From assembly GCA_051294375.1 (NCBI GenBank), contig CM119267.1:1305215-1354512 (forward strand): 49,298 nucleotides of DNA, written 5' to 3'. This DNA is from Paraspadella gotoi. Taxonomy: Eukaryota; Animalia; Chaetognatha. Position 1 is the first letter of the stretch. Each line of letters begins with the position of its first letter. The translations under genes and the position numbers were made by a program. Shown here in pieces: positions 24,401 to 36,655 of this stretch. The notes under the pieces are model-generated. The model saw only the letters and a list, made by a program, of their open reading frames with translations. It had not been told where the DNA came from and did not search any database.

Positions 24401-24601
24401 AGGCCCTTTTTCAAAATATAACATTGTGCGGCGACTCCAATCATAGACATGAGACAACATAGTTATGGGCAATAAATAATGTTTAATGAAATTATTCAAT
24501 TTTATATTAGTTATATATCATAACTTGTTGACATGATTAAACATTAAACTTACCCCTTTCCAGGCGTAACTTATCATGACGTCGTATCGCCCTCTTGCCA
24601 T
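18475..24601 (-). CDS. TIR-domain (TIR_2-like) protein with two CCHC zinc knuckles and a Q/H-rich repeat region; 13 exons, ~718 aa
   Basis: Exons 24601-24554, 23913-23793, 23375-23239, 22769-22652, 22388-22317, 22178-21989, 21662-21551, 21208-21157, 21042-20958, 20457-19644, 19452-19368, 18991-18695 and 18500-18475 are all GT-AG and phase-consistent (2157 nt in total). TIR: YDVMISYAW...VWVDVERM...SEDYENSKNCRAELEYA...IVPI...GWL. Knuckles: CFQCGSLDHVKSFC and CWTCGQKGHVQLYC. Confidence 0.8.
19069..19248 (-). mobile_element. Structured module, family 2 copy A (intronic, same strand as the TIR gene)
   Basis: Collinear with 26742-26922. Contains hairpin GGCCG-TAAA-CGGCC, GGG..GCTTG-GAAACCCT-CAAGC and CCTGG-TTACAAGC-CCAGG. 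Confidence 0.65.
20700..20920. repeat. Intronic minisatellite built from CCAAGGT / AGATACAAGGT / AAGGGCC units
   Basis: Directly visible mosaic tandem repeat. Confidence 0.85.
22870..23056 (-). mobile_element. tRNA-derived SINE-like element
   Basis: Starts GTCCC, with A-box-like TGGCTTGGACG and B-box GAGTTCAATCCC. Tail GGTCC...GCCAGCGCTCGAAAGATTC resembles that of 26523-26702. Confidence 0.5.
23644..23797 (-). repeat. 14-15-bp minisatellite reiterating the TIR exon 2 donor (GGCAG|GTATGTAAAT)
   Basis: About ten units of ggca(g/t)gtatgtaaat; the first unit is the real exon-intron junction at 23793/23792. Confidence 0.85.
24287..24428. repeat. 71-bp tandem duplication in TIR intron 1
   Basis: 24287-24357 and 24358-24428 differ at one position. 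Confidence 0.9.
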
Positions 24602-25323
24602 GATTTCGTTCACGAATGAAAATCACAAATTTCACTGGACAGTCAAGCTTGAATTTTGCCTTTTCGTTTTTACGCGATGAGGGTTTAGAACTGAGGACCG
24701 ATGAGGTTTACGACTTCTGTGATCCCTGAAAATAAGTAAATAGATCAGTGAAAATGTGTCACAAAGCCAGGGAACCGGCATTAAAAATCTCACAATGCTA
24801 TTGGGCAAACTAAGTGTGGGAACTGTCCACACTTAGTGAACACCCTTAATCCACACTTAGAGTGCATGTCGACCGCCTCTCCTCTCTGTCATTCTATATT
24901 TTTTTATTATTTATTATCGTTAAAATATCTTTTTTTTTAAATCCTTTTCTTTTATTAATAACAAAGCGTTTTTTAATTCATGTGTATAACCTTCCAGGTT
25001 TATAAAAAAAATTCAATTTGTTTAATTCAGTATTGAGTTTAATAGTTAATATTTTTAAGGCAAAAGAGAAATCGCAAACGATGACTAGTACATAATGCGA
25101 TATTTTTAAAAAAGTATTTTTATTAATATTGCCTTTGAATCGATTCGATTTAATACATTTTTCGACGGGGAAAACCCGCGGAAGAGGGAAATCCCATGTT
25201 TGTTTTTGTTTCGTTATTTATAAAAAAACAACTTTATTCAGATTATATTTAAAACTCGAACCGATACCGCAGTGGTGACCGCATATTGGAGTTGATTTAC
25301 AAAAGTGATGAGGGAGAAACTGC

Positions 25324-25371
<48 letters not shown>

Positions 25372-25954
25372 CAAATCCGAGTACTAGTAAATTAATCAAT
25401 TAAATCAATTAATGGATGCATTGTTGTTATTTTATCATTTTCGATGCAAAAATATCAAAAACTCATTAATTTTTCAACTTTTCTATTTTTAATCAATTTT
25501 AAAATTTTCCAATTTGTTTTTATTTTTTTGAATATTATTCTTTTTCGGACGATATAGTATTTTAAATATTTTTTAAATTGTTTTCCATTTAGGACTTTTC
25601 CATTTTCGATATTTTTTATTTTAGTTCTTTTTTATTTTTGATAGAAAGACAGACAGATCGACGGAAAAGTATTCGAGGCGCAACTGAAAGCTTAATTTTG
25701 TAAATACGTGAAGTTATCTCTTCTCACCGCGGACCCGTGTCCATTTTCGGGTCCGCTAGAGGGAACCCGCACGCCAATCCCGAATGGGAGGGGAGGAAGG
25801 TCGGACGAGGACATGTCCGGACATGATCAGTTTGATCACGTGATCACTTTTGAGTTATTGACTTCTCTTGCGAAATTGTGATCACAAAAAGTAGAAGGAT
25901 ATTTGGTGACCCGCATTTTAAGGAAGGAGGTGAATGACGCTGGGATCCTGTGGG

Positions 25955-25988
<34 letters not shown>

Positions 25989-26522
25989 AATGATGATGAC
26001 GATGACCTAGTCGAATGCTAGTCTCCGCTGGCGTAAAAGGAAAAATCCTTTTCGCAATAATGATGATGACGATTATGAAGACGCTAATGATAATTAAGAC
26101 ATTGACTATGATATTGATAATGATAACAATAACGATGACGAGATGAAGATGATGGTGATGAGGATTGTAATTATAAGAGAACTTAATATTATTTTTTATT
26201 ATTTATTTATTTATTTATTTATATACATATATACATTCATTTTTTATTTTCTCATATATATTCATTTACGTATTCATTTTCTCAATCGAATTTAACTTTT
26301 ATTTTTGCAGATATTTTTCCAAATTCCGACGAAGCAGAAAATTTCACCGACGGAGAAGGAAAACCAATCAAGGCAACCAATAAAATCAATCAAAAATAAA
26401 TCAATTAATAACAAATAAATCGGCAATTTATCACAAATAAAACGAGAAAAACTATAGACAAGACGTCTGATAGGAGAACCCGTGACACACTAAATATAAA
26501 CGCCTTAACTCCGCCAAATCAC

Positions 26523-26702
26523 GTCCCGACCAAATGGCTGAGCGGGCTTAATGCTTTTGACTCAACCGTGCGTCCCGGGTTCAAATCCCCCGGGGAAACC
26601 CCGATTCTCATTGAAAGGGAATCGGTTTAAGAAAGCGAATGAGAAAGGTTCACTCAGGGTCCGCAGCTAACAAGCCAGCTTCGGAGATTCTCCGCGACAC
26701 CG
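26523..26702 (+). mobile_element. tRNA-derived SINE-like element
   Basis: A box TGGCTGAGCGG (26535) and B box GGTTCAAATCC (26578) at tRNA-like spacing; no complete cloverleaf; unrelated 3' body. Confidence 0.6.
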
Positions 26703-26741
26703 AAATAACCTAATACTATAAAGTAAAATCAATCTTTGTTG

Positions 26742-26922
26742 TATCTTCTGCGCCCACTCGGCTGCAATGGAACGGGTCCTGGGCTTGGAACCATGCTGGA
26801 GGGTTTTCCACGCCCCCTAAGGCAGTTTACGGCCAACATTATGCTTCCCGCAGGGTTGGTACCTTTGGGGATAGATCCCGGTACCTGATGGTCAAGTCCG
26901 AAGGCGGGGCAAACTTGTCGCA
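26742..26922 (-). mobile_element. Structured module, family 2 copy B
   Basis: Shares ATGGAACGGGTCCTGGGCTTG, GTTTACGGCC, GCTTCCCGCAGGGT and ATCCCGGT (plus strand) with 19069-19248, in the same order. Confidence 0.65.
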
Positions 26923-26963
26923 ATGCCCAAATTCAATGTCTAATCAAATCCTTTATAATCTAA

Positions 26964-27084
<121 letters not shown>

Positions 27085-28233
27085 TGATAATAATCCTCCG
27101 TCCAACCAAAGATTCTCGGTCGCCTTCCGCTGGATCCTCTCGTCAGCGGCTGCAGCGAGAAAGGCAGCAGCATTCTGCAGGAGCATCCGGAGAGCGGCGC
27201 CGCGGGACGCGTTTTGGATTTGGTCGACGCAGTCGTCGCTACTTGGGGATGAGATCTTTTCGAGGGGATACAGGGAGAGGCGGGTAAAACGATCGTTCTT
27301 GTCGTGTCTTAGTGTATTTCAATCAAAAGGGCCAGAAGAAAAGAGAATTCAGAGAGAGAGAAGAGAGAAGAGAGAAGAGAGAGACAGAACTGACCTGTGT
27401 TAAATCATTAGTCCATTACACATTACCTCTTCTATTTTCAATCGTCGTTTTTAATTTTGAATTTTTAAACAAATTGTTTTGACGCTCGTGGCGGCCGACG
27501 CGTGCGTTCCCGGGCGGAATGAAAGTTCGACGTCCGCATAGTCACCGGCGGACGATATCGCGATCGAGACGGCCCAAATAATAGGGAAAAGTTTTACAAC
27601 TGATTCAGTCGCGAAGAAAAGGGGGAAAAAGGGGGACAATTGGTATCCGTCTTATTTTTAACTTTAGCAATGTTTTAGAGAGAGAAAGTCGTTGCCTCTA
27701 GAACGTTCAACGTTTTTAACTCGCCGTTGGGGTTTATTTTTAATTGATTTTATACTCACGTTTTTATATTTTTAACCTCGAAATTAAGAATTAATTTCAC
27801 ACATTGTTTGTTGATAAATAAACTCGCCAACCTGTTCCAAAAACTGAACGTTATTTAAATAAGAACTAAAGTCAGCCAACGTGATCGAAACTACAGAGGC
27901 ACAAACACAAATTATATTTGATTGCTAATAATAAATCAAGCTTTAAAAAAAGCCACAGCTAGACAGTTGAATACTAGTTTAATAGTTTCGTAAGTAAACC
28001 CTAAGTTAACCCTTGTGTAAGTAACTAAGTTGTACAGAGTTCATATTTCGAAAACTTGTTTTATGTTTTTTTCTTTTGGCGCAAGGACTATCCTTATAAT
28101 TTTGAATCAGTCTCGCCACCTATAGAGTAAATCTCGTGCTACATCGCTGCTCTTTTGTCAGTCAGAAACAAAGGGTTTTGTCTGAGTCGCCAGAAAATAA
28201 AAAGAAAGAATTCATGTAGAAATTTACTGCCTG

Positions 28234-28270
<37 letters not shown>

Positions 28271-28695
28271 GCCAAAGCATAATTCAGTCCCTTTTAGTTT
28301 CTTCGCGTGATCAAACTTATATAATCTCGCACGATTTTTTCCCTTTTTTGACTAATTTTTTATTTTCATCTTTTTATTCTATTTTTTAAAAAAAAATTCT
28401 TCTGACGCTTAAACGTTTAAAACCTTTTCAACATTTTCCAAACCTTATTTTTTACTTATGTTTATTTTTTGTGCCATTTTACTTTATTTTATTTGTGCTC
28501 TCTCTCTCTCTCCCTCTCTCTCTCTCTCCCTCTCTCACCCCTTTCCTCGAAGGTGAATAAAGAAACCCTTTCCTCAGCTGACTGTGTGAAGAGAGAGAGA
28601 GAGAGATGTCTGGCCGTTTGAGATTGTGTTGATCCTTGGTTCTCAGGTGAGGCTTAAGTTAAGAAACGCTGACGATAAGCATAAAAGAAGGAAAG

Positions 28696-28730
<35 letters not shown>

Positions 28731-28987
28731 CTCTCAGGTGAGGCTTAAGTTAAGAAAGACTGGGGATAAACATAAGAGAAGGAAAGAATGAAGCCGACAA
28801 ATTTTTATAATAAAAAAAGTAGAAAAAGTGAAAGAAAAAACTTAATTTAATGAAAGAAATATTACTTAAAATAAATTTTGGACCCATTTTCTGATTGGCT
28901 TCGACCCTCGTCCTTATTAGAGTTACGTCTCACTCTCGTATCTATATTTGTCCCGACAAGTAATGACCACAATCACAGATGTGGGTC

Positions 28988-29062
<75 letters not shown>

Positions 29063-30216
29063 ACTCTAACGAAATACTCTTTAGCCAAATGCCGTGATTC
29101 GTTCGAGACAAAATATAACAAAAAGAAACAAAAAAACTTTGATTAAATAAAAAATGTTAGTTTCGATTTAAGCCAAAAAAAAAAAAAAAAACCGCAAAAA
29201 GTTTAACTAAAAGAACCAAGAAAACCGACGAGTTTTTCTGATTAGCGTCGCGTCTATTTTAATATATCATTATATCATTAAATCTTACTCTCTAAAACTT
29301 TATCGTAGATTTGGGAGCTCAAATGATAAATCTTTAAATCTTTAAAATCCAAATCTCTTTTTAATTCAAATCTCTCGGATTTAAATTAAAATCTTAAACT
29401 CTCAAGCTCAGTAAATCTTTTCTCCTCTAAGGATTTAGCGTCATAAACATAAGAAGAAGCGACGTAGCGGAGACGACGACGACGACGACGACGACGAAAA
29501 CGACGAATCCTGAATTGAGGAAAATCCCCCTGGAAATGACGGACAACCTGAGTCAGGTCCTGAGTCAATCTTAAACGAAGAAACGAGAAAAAAAAAAAAC
29601 AACAAAAAAATACACGAAAGGAAACAACAAAACAGGAAAAACGAGAAAAACAGGAAAATTTCTCGATTCGAAAAAAAAAAAAAAAACTTCAAAAATAATT
29701 CGGTTAATAACGAAACGAAATACGATGAAATAAACAAAACATCGTCATCTAAATCTAATCTAAACATTTTTACGAAAAGACCAAATTTTACGCGATCGAG
29801 TCTGAAGCGACGTAACGCATTTTTTTGTGGCGGGAAAAACACGACTGTTTAGACGAAAAAATAAAAAAATTAAATGAGTAAAAATAAATAAATGAATAAA
29901 TAAATAAATGATTAAGTAAAATCAACAACTAAAAAAAATACTGAATTAAAACATTTAAATTGGTCACGTCGCGTATTACTAGGAGAAAAGACATTATCAA
30001 AATTGTCAGCGCTCAACACTAAACACTGGTCATTTCTGGTCAATTCTTCTAAACCGAACTCAAATTTTGAGTCAAAATCTTGGTTAAAACCGACGCCGAA
30101 TCATAGTTAACCGACAACAATTCTTCGTTAACCGACGCCGGTTATAAATTCGTTTTAAAGCCGACATTTCAATTAACCGACATTTCAATTAACCGACATT
30201 TCAATTAACCGACATC

Positions 30217-32525
30217 ATGATGCAAGAATCGACGGAGGAGGAAGAGCGACTTCCCGCCAAGGAATTCATCTCCCTTGCCGACAAAGATGACAAAGAAGAC
30301 GACAAAGAAGACGACAAAGTAGACGTCGAGGCCGACACCTCCGTCGCTACCCTCATCCCCAAGACCGACGGAGTCGTCGTCAACAAACAAACGAGTGAGA
30401 CAGAGATGGAAAGAGAGAGAGATAGAGAGAGAGGAATAAAAATGGGAAAGTAAAAAAATAAAACGTAAATTTTTATTAAAAAACAAAATAATTTTTTAAT
30501 ATAATGCTATATAAAATGCTAGTTAAAAAATTGTTTACCTATTGGTTTTTTAGTATTATAATTTATATTATGAAATTGGTACAACCAATATAAATATATT
30601 ACATTATATACCATTTTATCTCGTTGTTCGTTTGTTCCCAGCGGTTTACTCTCACGGCGACATGACCGCGCCGCCTCTCAGTCAGTGAGGAAAACAATCC
30701 GGATAAAGAAGGAAAACAAAAGGCCTCTCCTTTTGCAAAGTTCTTTCATTACAAAAACAGAGCGGATGAGGTTTAGTAAAAACCATTATTTTTTATTATT
30801 CTTTACATCACGACAACTTAAAAAAAAAAAAAATTTATGGTACGATAACCTCCATAAGTTTTGTTAGGCGACTTTCAAGATAATAACATAGCTTGAGTCG
30901 AGAATCTCCCTCATTAGTTTATTAATTCCCGCAATGAATTTTTCTTTCTCTCTCCCTCTCCCCCCCTCTCTCTCTCTTCCTCTCTCCCCCCCCTCTCTCT
31001 CTCTCTCTCTCTCTAGATGCTCTCCCGAAGAGGGTGTTACATGTCCAACATTCTGTCGCTCTTCATTCCTCTCTTGATGGTCATTTTCGGCGTCGTGTTT
31101 GTCTCCAACTGCGAAATTCAACCAATGATTCCAATTTATCTCATCGTCGGTGGAATCTTTTCCGCTTTGGAAGTTTTATATCGGATCGGGAGGTGAGCGG
31201 GGAAAGACTTTAAGGGGATGGACTTGAGGAGTGAGCAGGGAAAGACCTTAGAGGAAGGACTGTGGAGGTGAGCGGGGAAAGACTTTAAGGGGATGGACTT
31301 GTGAGGTGAGCGGGGAAAGACCTTAAGGGGATGAACGTGGAGGTGAGCGGGGAAAGACCTTAAAGGGATGGACTGTGGAGTGAGCGGGGAAAGACCTTAA
31401 AGGGATGGACTGAGGAGTGAGCAGGGAAAGACCTTAAGGGGATGGACTGTGGAGGGAGCGGGGAAAGACTTAAGGGGATGGACTGTGGAGGTGAGCGGGG
31501 AAAGACCTTAAGGGGATGGACTGAGGAGGTGAGCAGCGGGAGACCTTAAGGGGATGGACTGTGGAGGTGAGCGGGGAAAGACCTTAAGGGATGGACTGTG
31601 GAGGTGAGCGGGGAAAGACCTTAAGGGGATGGACTGTGGAGTGAGCGGGGAAAGACCTTAAGGGGACGGACTGTGGAGGTGAGCGGGGAAAGACCTTAAA
31701 GGGATGGACTGTGGAGGTGAGTGGGGAAAGACTTAAGGGGATGGACTGAGGGAGGTGAGCAGGGAAAGACCTTAAGGGGATGGACTGTGGAGGTAAGCGG
31801 GGGAAGACTTTAAGGGGATGGACTGTGGAGGTGAGCGAGAAAGACCTTAAAGGGATGGCTGTGGAGGTGAGCGGGGAAAGACCTTAAGGGGATGGACTGT
31901 GGAGGTGAGCGGGATTGACTGTGGATTGAAGACTGTGGACTGGAACGATGGACTGGGGACTATGGACTTGGGATTATGACTGGGGGCAATTGACTGGAAA
32001 CTATTAATTGGGGAACGATGAACAGTGGATTAGTCGGTCTTGGGCTTTAAGCCTTAGTTCCTAAGAAGTAAGCAGTAAAAATTATTAAGGTCTATGTATT
32101 AGTCAGTAAGGACAATGTACAACTGATAAGGGTTAAGGGCTTAAGACTAACGACTAATAACAAAGGCTTAAGAATCAACGTTTAGTGATCACCAAAAGTT
32201 TTTTCTAATTATCTCCCTACATAAAAATTAACGATATTCAATATTATATTGAACTCAACGTTTATCCGTCATGATTTTTTAAGTTGAATTTGATTCCCGA
32301 TTTTCAAATTTCGAAATATTTTCTTCTTTTTTTTTCAGAAATTTGTTGGAACATTTCGAAGTCGTCTTTTCGATTTCGAGAAAAAAGAGGAGATGTACGA
32401 GCGTCGTACGGATCCTTAATGGATGTTTTTCTCATCGTTTGGTACGTGAAAATACGTACGGTTATTATGAAGGGTCGTTTAATGATGATACGAATCAAAG
32501 AGGGATAAGTTATAAAAAGTAAAAT

Positions 32526-32565
<40 letters not shown>

Positions 32566-33055
32566 AAAGAGAGAAAGAGTGAAAGAGTGATGAAGAACCA
32601 GTGCCACAGATAGCTTCGTTGTGGGCCGTTGATGAGCCATAATTTAGATTATTTCGATTTATTGAAAAAGCAAAGTAAATGCTTGCGTCAAATTGCTGCT
32701 TTCCCTCCACCTCCCATTAGGTTCATCGCTGAGGCAGTGCTTGGGTACTACGCGAATTTTCTATCCTGATCACCAAGATTGTAATTTGACTTTAGTACAA
32801 CTTTTTTTCGGCCTAATAATCGTTTCGTCTACTGGGTCGCTGTTGGCTTTGCTTGTGGCGCTGCCTCTCATACGCCAACAATTCGTACTGAAAATGACGG
32901 TCTGCGTCACTTGCTTGCTACGCCCCCTTTCTCGCCGCTCTAATTTTTTTGGGGACCCCAAACGATTTTGGGGTCCTTCTTGTTTTGAAATGGCTCGTTA
33001 TCTCACGTCAGTTTTTTATGATGGATTATACTATACATCTATAAGAAATTTATAG
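30217..33055 (+). CDS. TMEM272: TMEM272-like multi-pass membrane protein (several frameshifts; sequencing errors or pseudogene)
   Basis: Exons 30217-30394, 30642-30770, 31017-31192, 32339-32441 and 32721-~33055. Motifs NCEIQPMIPIYLIVGG and FLIVW|FIA(G)SAWV...DCNLTL are typical of the family. An extra C near 30667 is absent from the second copy at 47730. Confidence 0.7.
31189..31915 (+). repeat. 38-bp G-rich minisatellite (GGAG|GTGAGCGGGGAAAGACCTTAAGGGGATGGACTGT), ~19 units
   Basis: The array starts at the exon donor 31192/31193; there are no unique spacers. Confidence 0.95.
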
Positions 33056-36000
33056 AAAATCAAATTTTACATATAACCCGACCGCTGAAATTATTTTTAT
33101 TTCAATTTTGTTTTACAATTTTCAAATTTGATTTTCATTGAACATTTAAAAAAAGAAAGTTGCCAGTCCGTTAATGTTTCGAATTTTTGCCCAAAGAATT
33201 ACTTTTTTTTATAAGAATACTAAATTCGCGAACGAAAAACACAACACGAACGTAGTATAAAAAAATGAATTAAAATGAATGATTTGTTATTGAAAATAAC
33301 TTTTGTTACAAATGTCATTGTGACCTGTTGTGTTATTTTAAATATTTATCAAAACATAGGATTTAATAGGAATTGTGTATTTTTATGAATCTTTTCGAAA
33401 AATCATTCTCGTACTCTCTCTCATCTCTCCTCTCTCTCTTCTCTTCTCTCTCTCTCTCTCTCTCTCCCTATCGATGTTTTTGTTGATCATTTATCACACA
33501 AAAGGTGAAATCAAATATCCCCTTCCATTTTCGTGACGTAAACAAATTTTAGTGCAGATTTCTGCATCTCGAGTCGAAAATATGGTTAGTGAAGAGAATA
33601 ACAGAAGACAGAGACGGCGAGACGAGAGAAAAATGACGAACGACAGAGCAGGCGAGATGGGAGCAGAGGAAGAGCTAACGGAAAAAATTGCTCTAGATTC
33701 GCAAATGCTGAAAATTAATTGACACAAACATTGAGAAGAAGGTTTTGCACCCAAGAGATGTGGACGCTGATCGGAAAGGTAAAGCAACACTGTGAAGCGT
33801 GGGCTCGTATTTTTGAAGAAACCCGAAACGGGAGCGTGATAGAAAAATTCAGAATAAGGAATTGAACCCGGAATGCTATAATAACCCATGCGTGTTCGGC
33901 TTCCTGCGTCAATTGTTTTTATTGGTTTTAGAAATGAAATATTAATGTATAAAATCTTGCAACCCCCTGCTCTTTCTTGATTTTTTCCTTTTAAAGATTT
34001 GTTTTTAATATGTATTCAACATTTAAAATTGTTTGCTCTTATTTTTTATCACTTTTCTTTTATTTTTTGTTTTTTCTTTTATTTCTCTTTTCCTCTTTGG
34101 TCGAGAATCTATGAAAAAATTACATATTTATTTTCTAATTATTCTTTTTATATATTCAAATAAAATCTGACCGCTGAAAAAGATTTTTCTATCTGAAAAA
34201 AAAAACTGCTAATTAACGTTAAATTAAAATTTAAATTAAACTTTTTAATTTTATAAAACTAAAAATTTTAATTCTTTATTATTTATTATTTTTCTTTAAA
34301 TTAACGTTTTTTTTTTTTAAATCCATTAACATTTTTCCATGTATAAACAAGTGTTAAGACCAAAAGATTTTGATTCTTTTTATTGCAATATTGCATAATA
34401 TTATGCTTATACATTACTTAAATTCCTCTAACACACTCTCTCTCTCTATTCTTCTTTCTTTTTACCCCTCTGCCACTGCAACAAAAAAGCAAATAAAAAA
34501 AATATATAAAATAAATTAAATCAAAATTATTACATAAAACAAGTTTGGAGCAAACAATGCCGGATCTGGCCCAACCGATCATTAGCGTAATTAAATGATA
34601 TATTTGTAATTAAAAAAAATGATTTATTAAATTACAATATTAATTAATTAAAATAATAACACTCGAACATGTGCGGATCTCAAATGATGTTGAACAAAGC
34701 ACGACAACGACGATGAATTACAATGACGAAAACGATGACCGAAGTCTTTGTACTTTGTGGAGCCGGCTAAGTACACCAGTAAGTGGTCAATAAGAGATGA
34801 CCCTGTTTTAGCCCATCTTAGTTCGTACGAGGGCTGACTTTTTCTCAGCATATGTAAATACTAGTGTTGTTGTTATTATTTTATCATTTTTACTTTTTTA
34901 CTGTTTGATAATACCAGTGTTTTCTTTATCACAAAAAACACGCCTCAACATTTTCTATAAATTTTTAGTTTTGAGCCACCGCAATAACATTTGATAAAAA
35001 ATATTTCAATTACATTAATAAAGAGAAAGCAAAAGAATTTTGAATTGTGTGACAACGATGTTATTAATAGTTTGGACAATGTTTCGGCTTGTTTACTTGC
35101 AAGCTCTTCATCAGCATATTGGACATTCAATAATAAATTTGTGTCTAAAGAAGACGTTGATGTAGAGAGAGAGACGAGAGAAGATGAATGTGAGACGAAA
35201 GAGTGAGAGAGGGTAAAAGTTTTCTGCCAACAAAGTTTGGATGAGACAGAATAGTGGTCAGATATGAGGACAGGTTGAAGGTAGGGGCAGATTGAGTGAG
35301 TTGTGAAAAAGGAAGTCGAAACTTGTTAAAAGAAGAGAAGAGAGAAGAGAAACAAAAAAACATAGGGATAAATAAATAATAAAGATATATTTTTGCAGAT
35401 GTACCAACAAACGATAAAGGAGTTTAATTAATTTAAATAATTAATGATGGCAACCACGACATGATAATACCCGACAATGACAAATGATTGATTGCTTAAT
35501 TTTTGATTGATTATTGAATATCTTTATTCATTGATGAATTAATTAATTACACACTGATTAGTTCTGGCATTGTCTAGCTAAACAAACTTCGTTTGCTTTT
35601 TTTGTCTTTTCATATGACAAAAAAAAATGACTACCCTGATGATTGATTCTATGATGCGAACAACGCAGGATTATAGCACCATCATGAATTAATTGACATG
35701 ATGGATTGATCAGATAATACAATTCATATCAGACCTGTTAATTTTTAGGTCTTTTTGTCAGTTGGTTAAAAGCAACAACGCACTTTTGGAGATGACAATA
35801 ATAAGCACTGACACTTGTTTAAATTTGAACTTGGTTAATCTACATTAATTGGTTCTTTTTAATAATTTATTGATAAATAAATTTTATTAATTAGTTGATT
35901 GATAAATGAATTGATTATTTAATTGATTGATTGGATAAAAAAAATTGTATTCATTAAATTTTTTAAGTGATTTTATTGATTAGTTGTTAGTTAATTGATT

Positions 36001-36585
36001 GATTGATTAAATTAAATGATTAGATTAATAATGTAATGCAGCTTGTATTATATTTAATAAAAAAAAGCAAATAGGGGAGAAAAAGGTTTTTTGTTTTTTT
36101 ATTTAAAACTCGATTTCCACTCGAACGATTCTTTATAATCTTACAAATCTTACAATTTTTCATAGTAAAAATTTCACTTTTATTTGTTAACAAAAAAGAT
36201 TGTTTAAAACTTATTCTACCAATGAATACATGTCAAAGAGAAAAATTTTTATGAATAATTAACAAATGTAAAATTTCTAAAGAAGGAAGCGATGTGCACT
36301 CGAAAACCAAAAAAGCGATTCCGGCTAAAAAGTTAAGGATTGCACCCGAAAAACGGGAGCGGGAGGGTTCTTGGAAGCGCCGGATTTGGGGCAAGCGAAA
36401 AATCGATCGCTTCACATCCCTCTGGTTTGACCAATAAAAAAATTTTTTTGTTTGAAACTACGCCGAAATATTTTATAATACTGGCCGTCATGTGTAAACT
36501 CGTAGTGGGAACCTGGGAACAATTTTTGTCGGAAGGTGTAAATACAGATTAATGTAAACGCTATATTATATTTTTTATAGAATAC

Positions 36586-36655
36586 AGGGATTGAACCCTG
36601 GGACTTTCTATACAGACAGGATGATTCAATCAGATTTACCATTAAGAAGAGGCCT
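36586..36655 (-). mobile_element. Degenerate tRNA-like/SINE head
   Basis: B-box GGTTCAATCCC with a weak upstream A-box-like TGGTAAATCTG. Confidence 0.3.

Noticed and set aside
25720-25860. Short similarity to the zinc-knuckle exon (ATGTCCGGACA, TGATCACGTGATC)
   Set aside because: No CCHC pattern in any frame; probably coincidental, although a donor-like site suggests an unrelated exon.
26523-26600. Functional tRNA gene
   Set aside because: A and B boxes are present, but there are no convincing acceptor or anticodon stems; treated as a SINE head.
31189-31915. CRISPR-like periodicity of ~38 bp
   Set aside because: Units are contiguous with no unique spacers, there are no cas genes, and the array lies in a eukaryotic intron.
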